Below, in pieces: positions 63,874 to 64,000 of a stretch of 64,000 bases of DNA. The notes beneath the pieces were generated by a model. It was not told where the DNA came from and made no database searches. It saw only the letters and a program-made list of their open reading frames with translations. Both the position numbers and the translations under genes were made by a program. The stretch comes from Vitrella brassicaformis CCMP3155 (lineage: Eukaryota; Protista; Chromerida): assembly GCA_001179505.1 (NCBI GenBank), contig CDMY01000394.1, positions 1-64,000 on the forward strand, read 5' to 3'. How positions within the stretch are numbered: position 1 is the stretch's first letter; each line of letters opens with the position of its first letter.

Positions 63874-64000
63874 ATGGCATCTGAGTTTGCCCAGATCCGC
63901 GCCTCCGAACAGTACAGGCTGCTGCTGCAGTGGATAGCCTTCTCATTGAATGAGCCCGTGGAGTCACCCAACTTCCAGCAGACCGTCAAATTCGCATACC
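63874..64000 (+). CDS. 5' end of a hypothetical protein running off the window
   Basis: ATG followed by an open frame MASEFAQIRASEQYRLLLQWIAFSLNEPVESPNFQQTVKFAY to the window end, divergent from PIGB. Confidence 0.55.
   Translation, partial: MASEFAQIRASEQYRLLLQWIAFSLNEPVESPNFQQTVKFAY

Noticed and set aside
63744-63989. Minus-strand 81-aa ORF at the window end
   Set aside because: The + strand frame from ATG 63874 reads as more natural coding sequence, and a head-to-head arrangement with PIGB fits the promoter element between them.
52-64000. Most ORF-track entries rich in CVCV/HTHT/DGWM
   Set aside because: These are translations of intronic (GT)n, (CA)n and (GGAT)n microsatellites or antisense shadows of real exons, not proteins.
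1-64000. CRISPR arrays, tRNA/rRNA genes, transposase or reverse-transcriptase ORFs
   Set aside because: I saw no regularly spaced repeat-spacer array, cloverleaf or rRNA-like segment, or mobile-element protein motif. Small ncRNAs cannot be excluded without covariance-model searches.

Overview
Gene-dense, GC-rich eukaryotic scaffold with many short introns full of (GT)n, (GTCT)n and (GGAT)n microsatellites and three fixed 300-N gaps. The intron style plus a phytoene synthase with a signal+transit peptide suggests a photosynthetic alveolate, probably the chromerid Vitrella brassicaformis (inference, not a database result). I reconstructed about 22 spliced genes by eye. Recognisable ones: Sec12/PREB-like (tandemly duplicated), POLE3/DPB4, an RNI-like LRR protein, a PhyH dioxygenase, a large helical-repeat (HPR/OPR-like) protein apparently fused to an RluA pseudouridine synthase, LSM7, FANCL, TTC38, an ankyrin + plant-type F-box protein, DPP8/9-like peptidase, phytoene synthase, a stand-alone voltage-sensor protein, NAPE-PLD-like hydrolase and PIG-B. 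The rest are orphan or coiled-coil genes. Most genes sit head-to-head with 100-300 bp between start codons. The most novel-looking signals are (i) a 21-bp element GGTTTCAGG(G/C)AGCACCCTAG(G/C) that I found three times, each in a short divergent promoter, (ii) the double helical-repeat + pseudouridine synthase architecture, and (iii) an Hv1-like voltage sensor with Asn at the selectivity-filter position. Exon boundaries were read manually and some are approximate.
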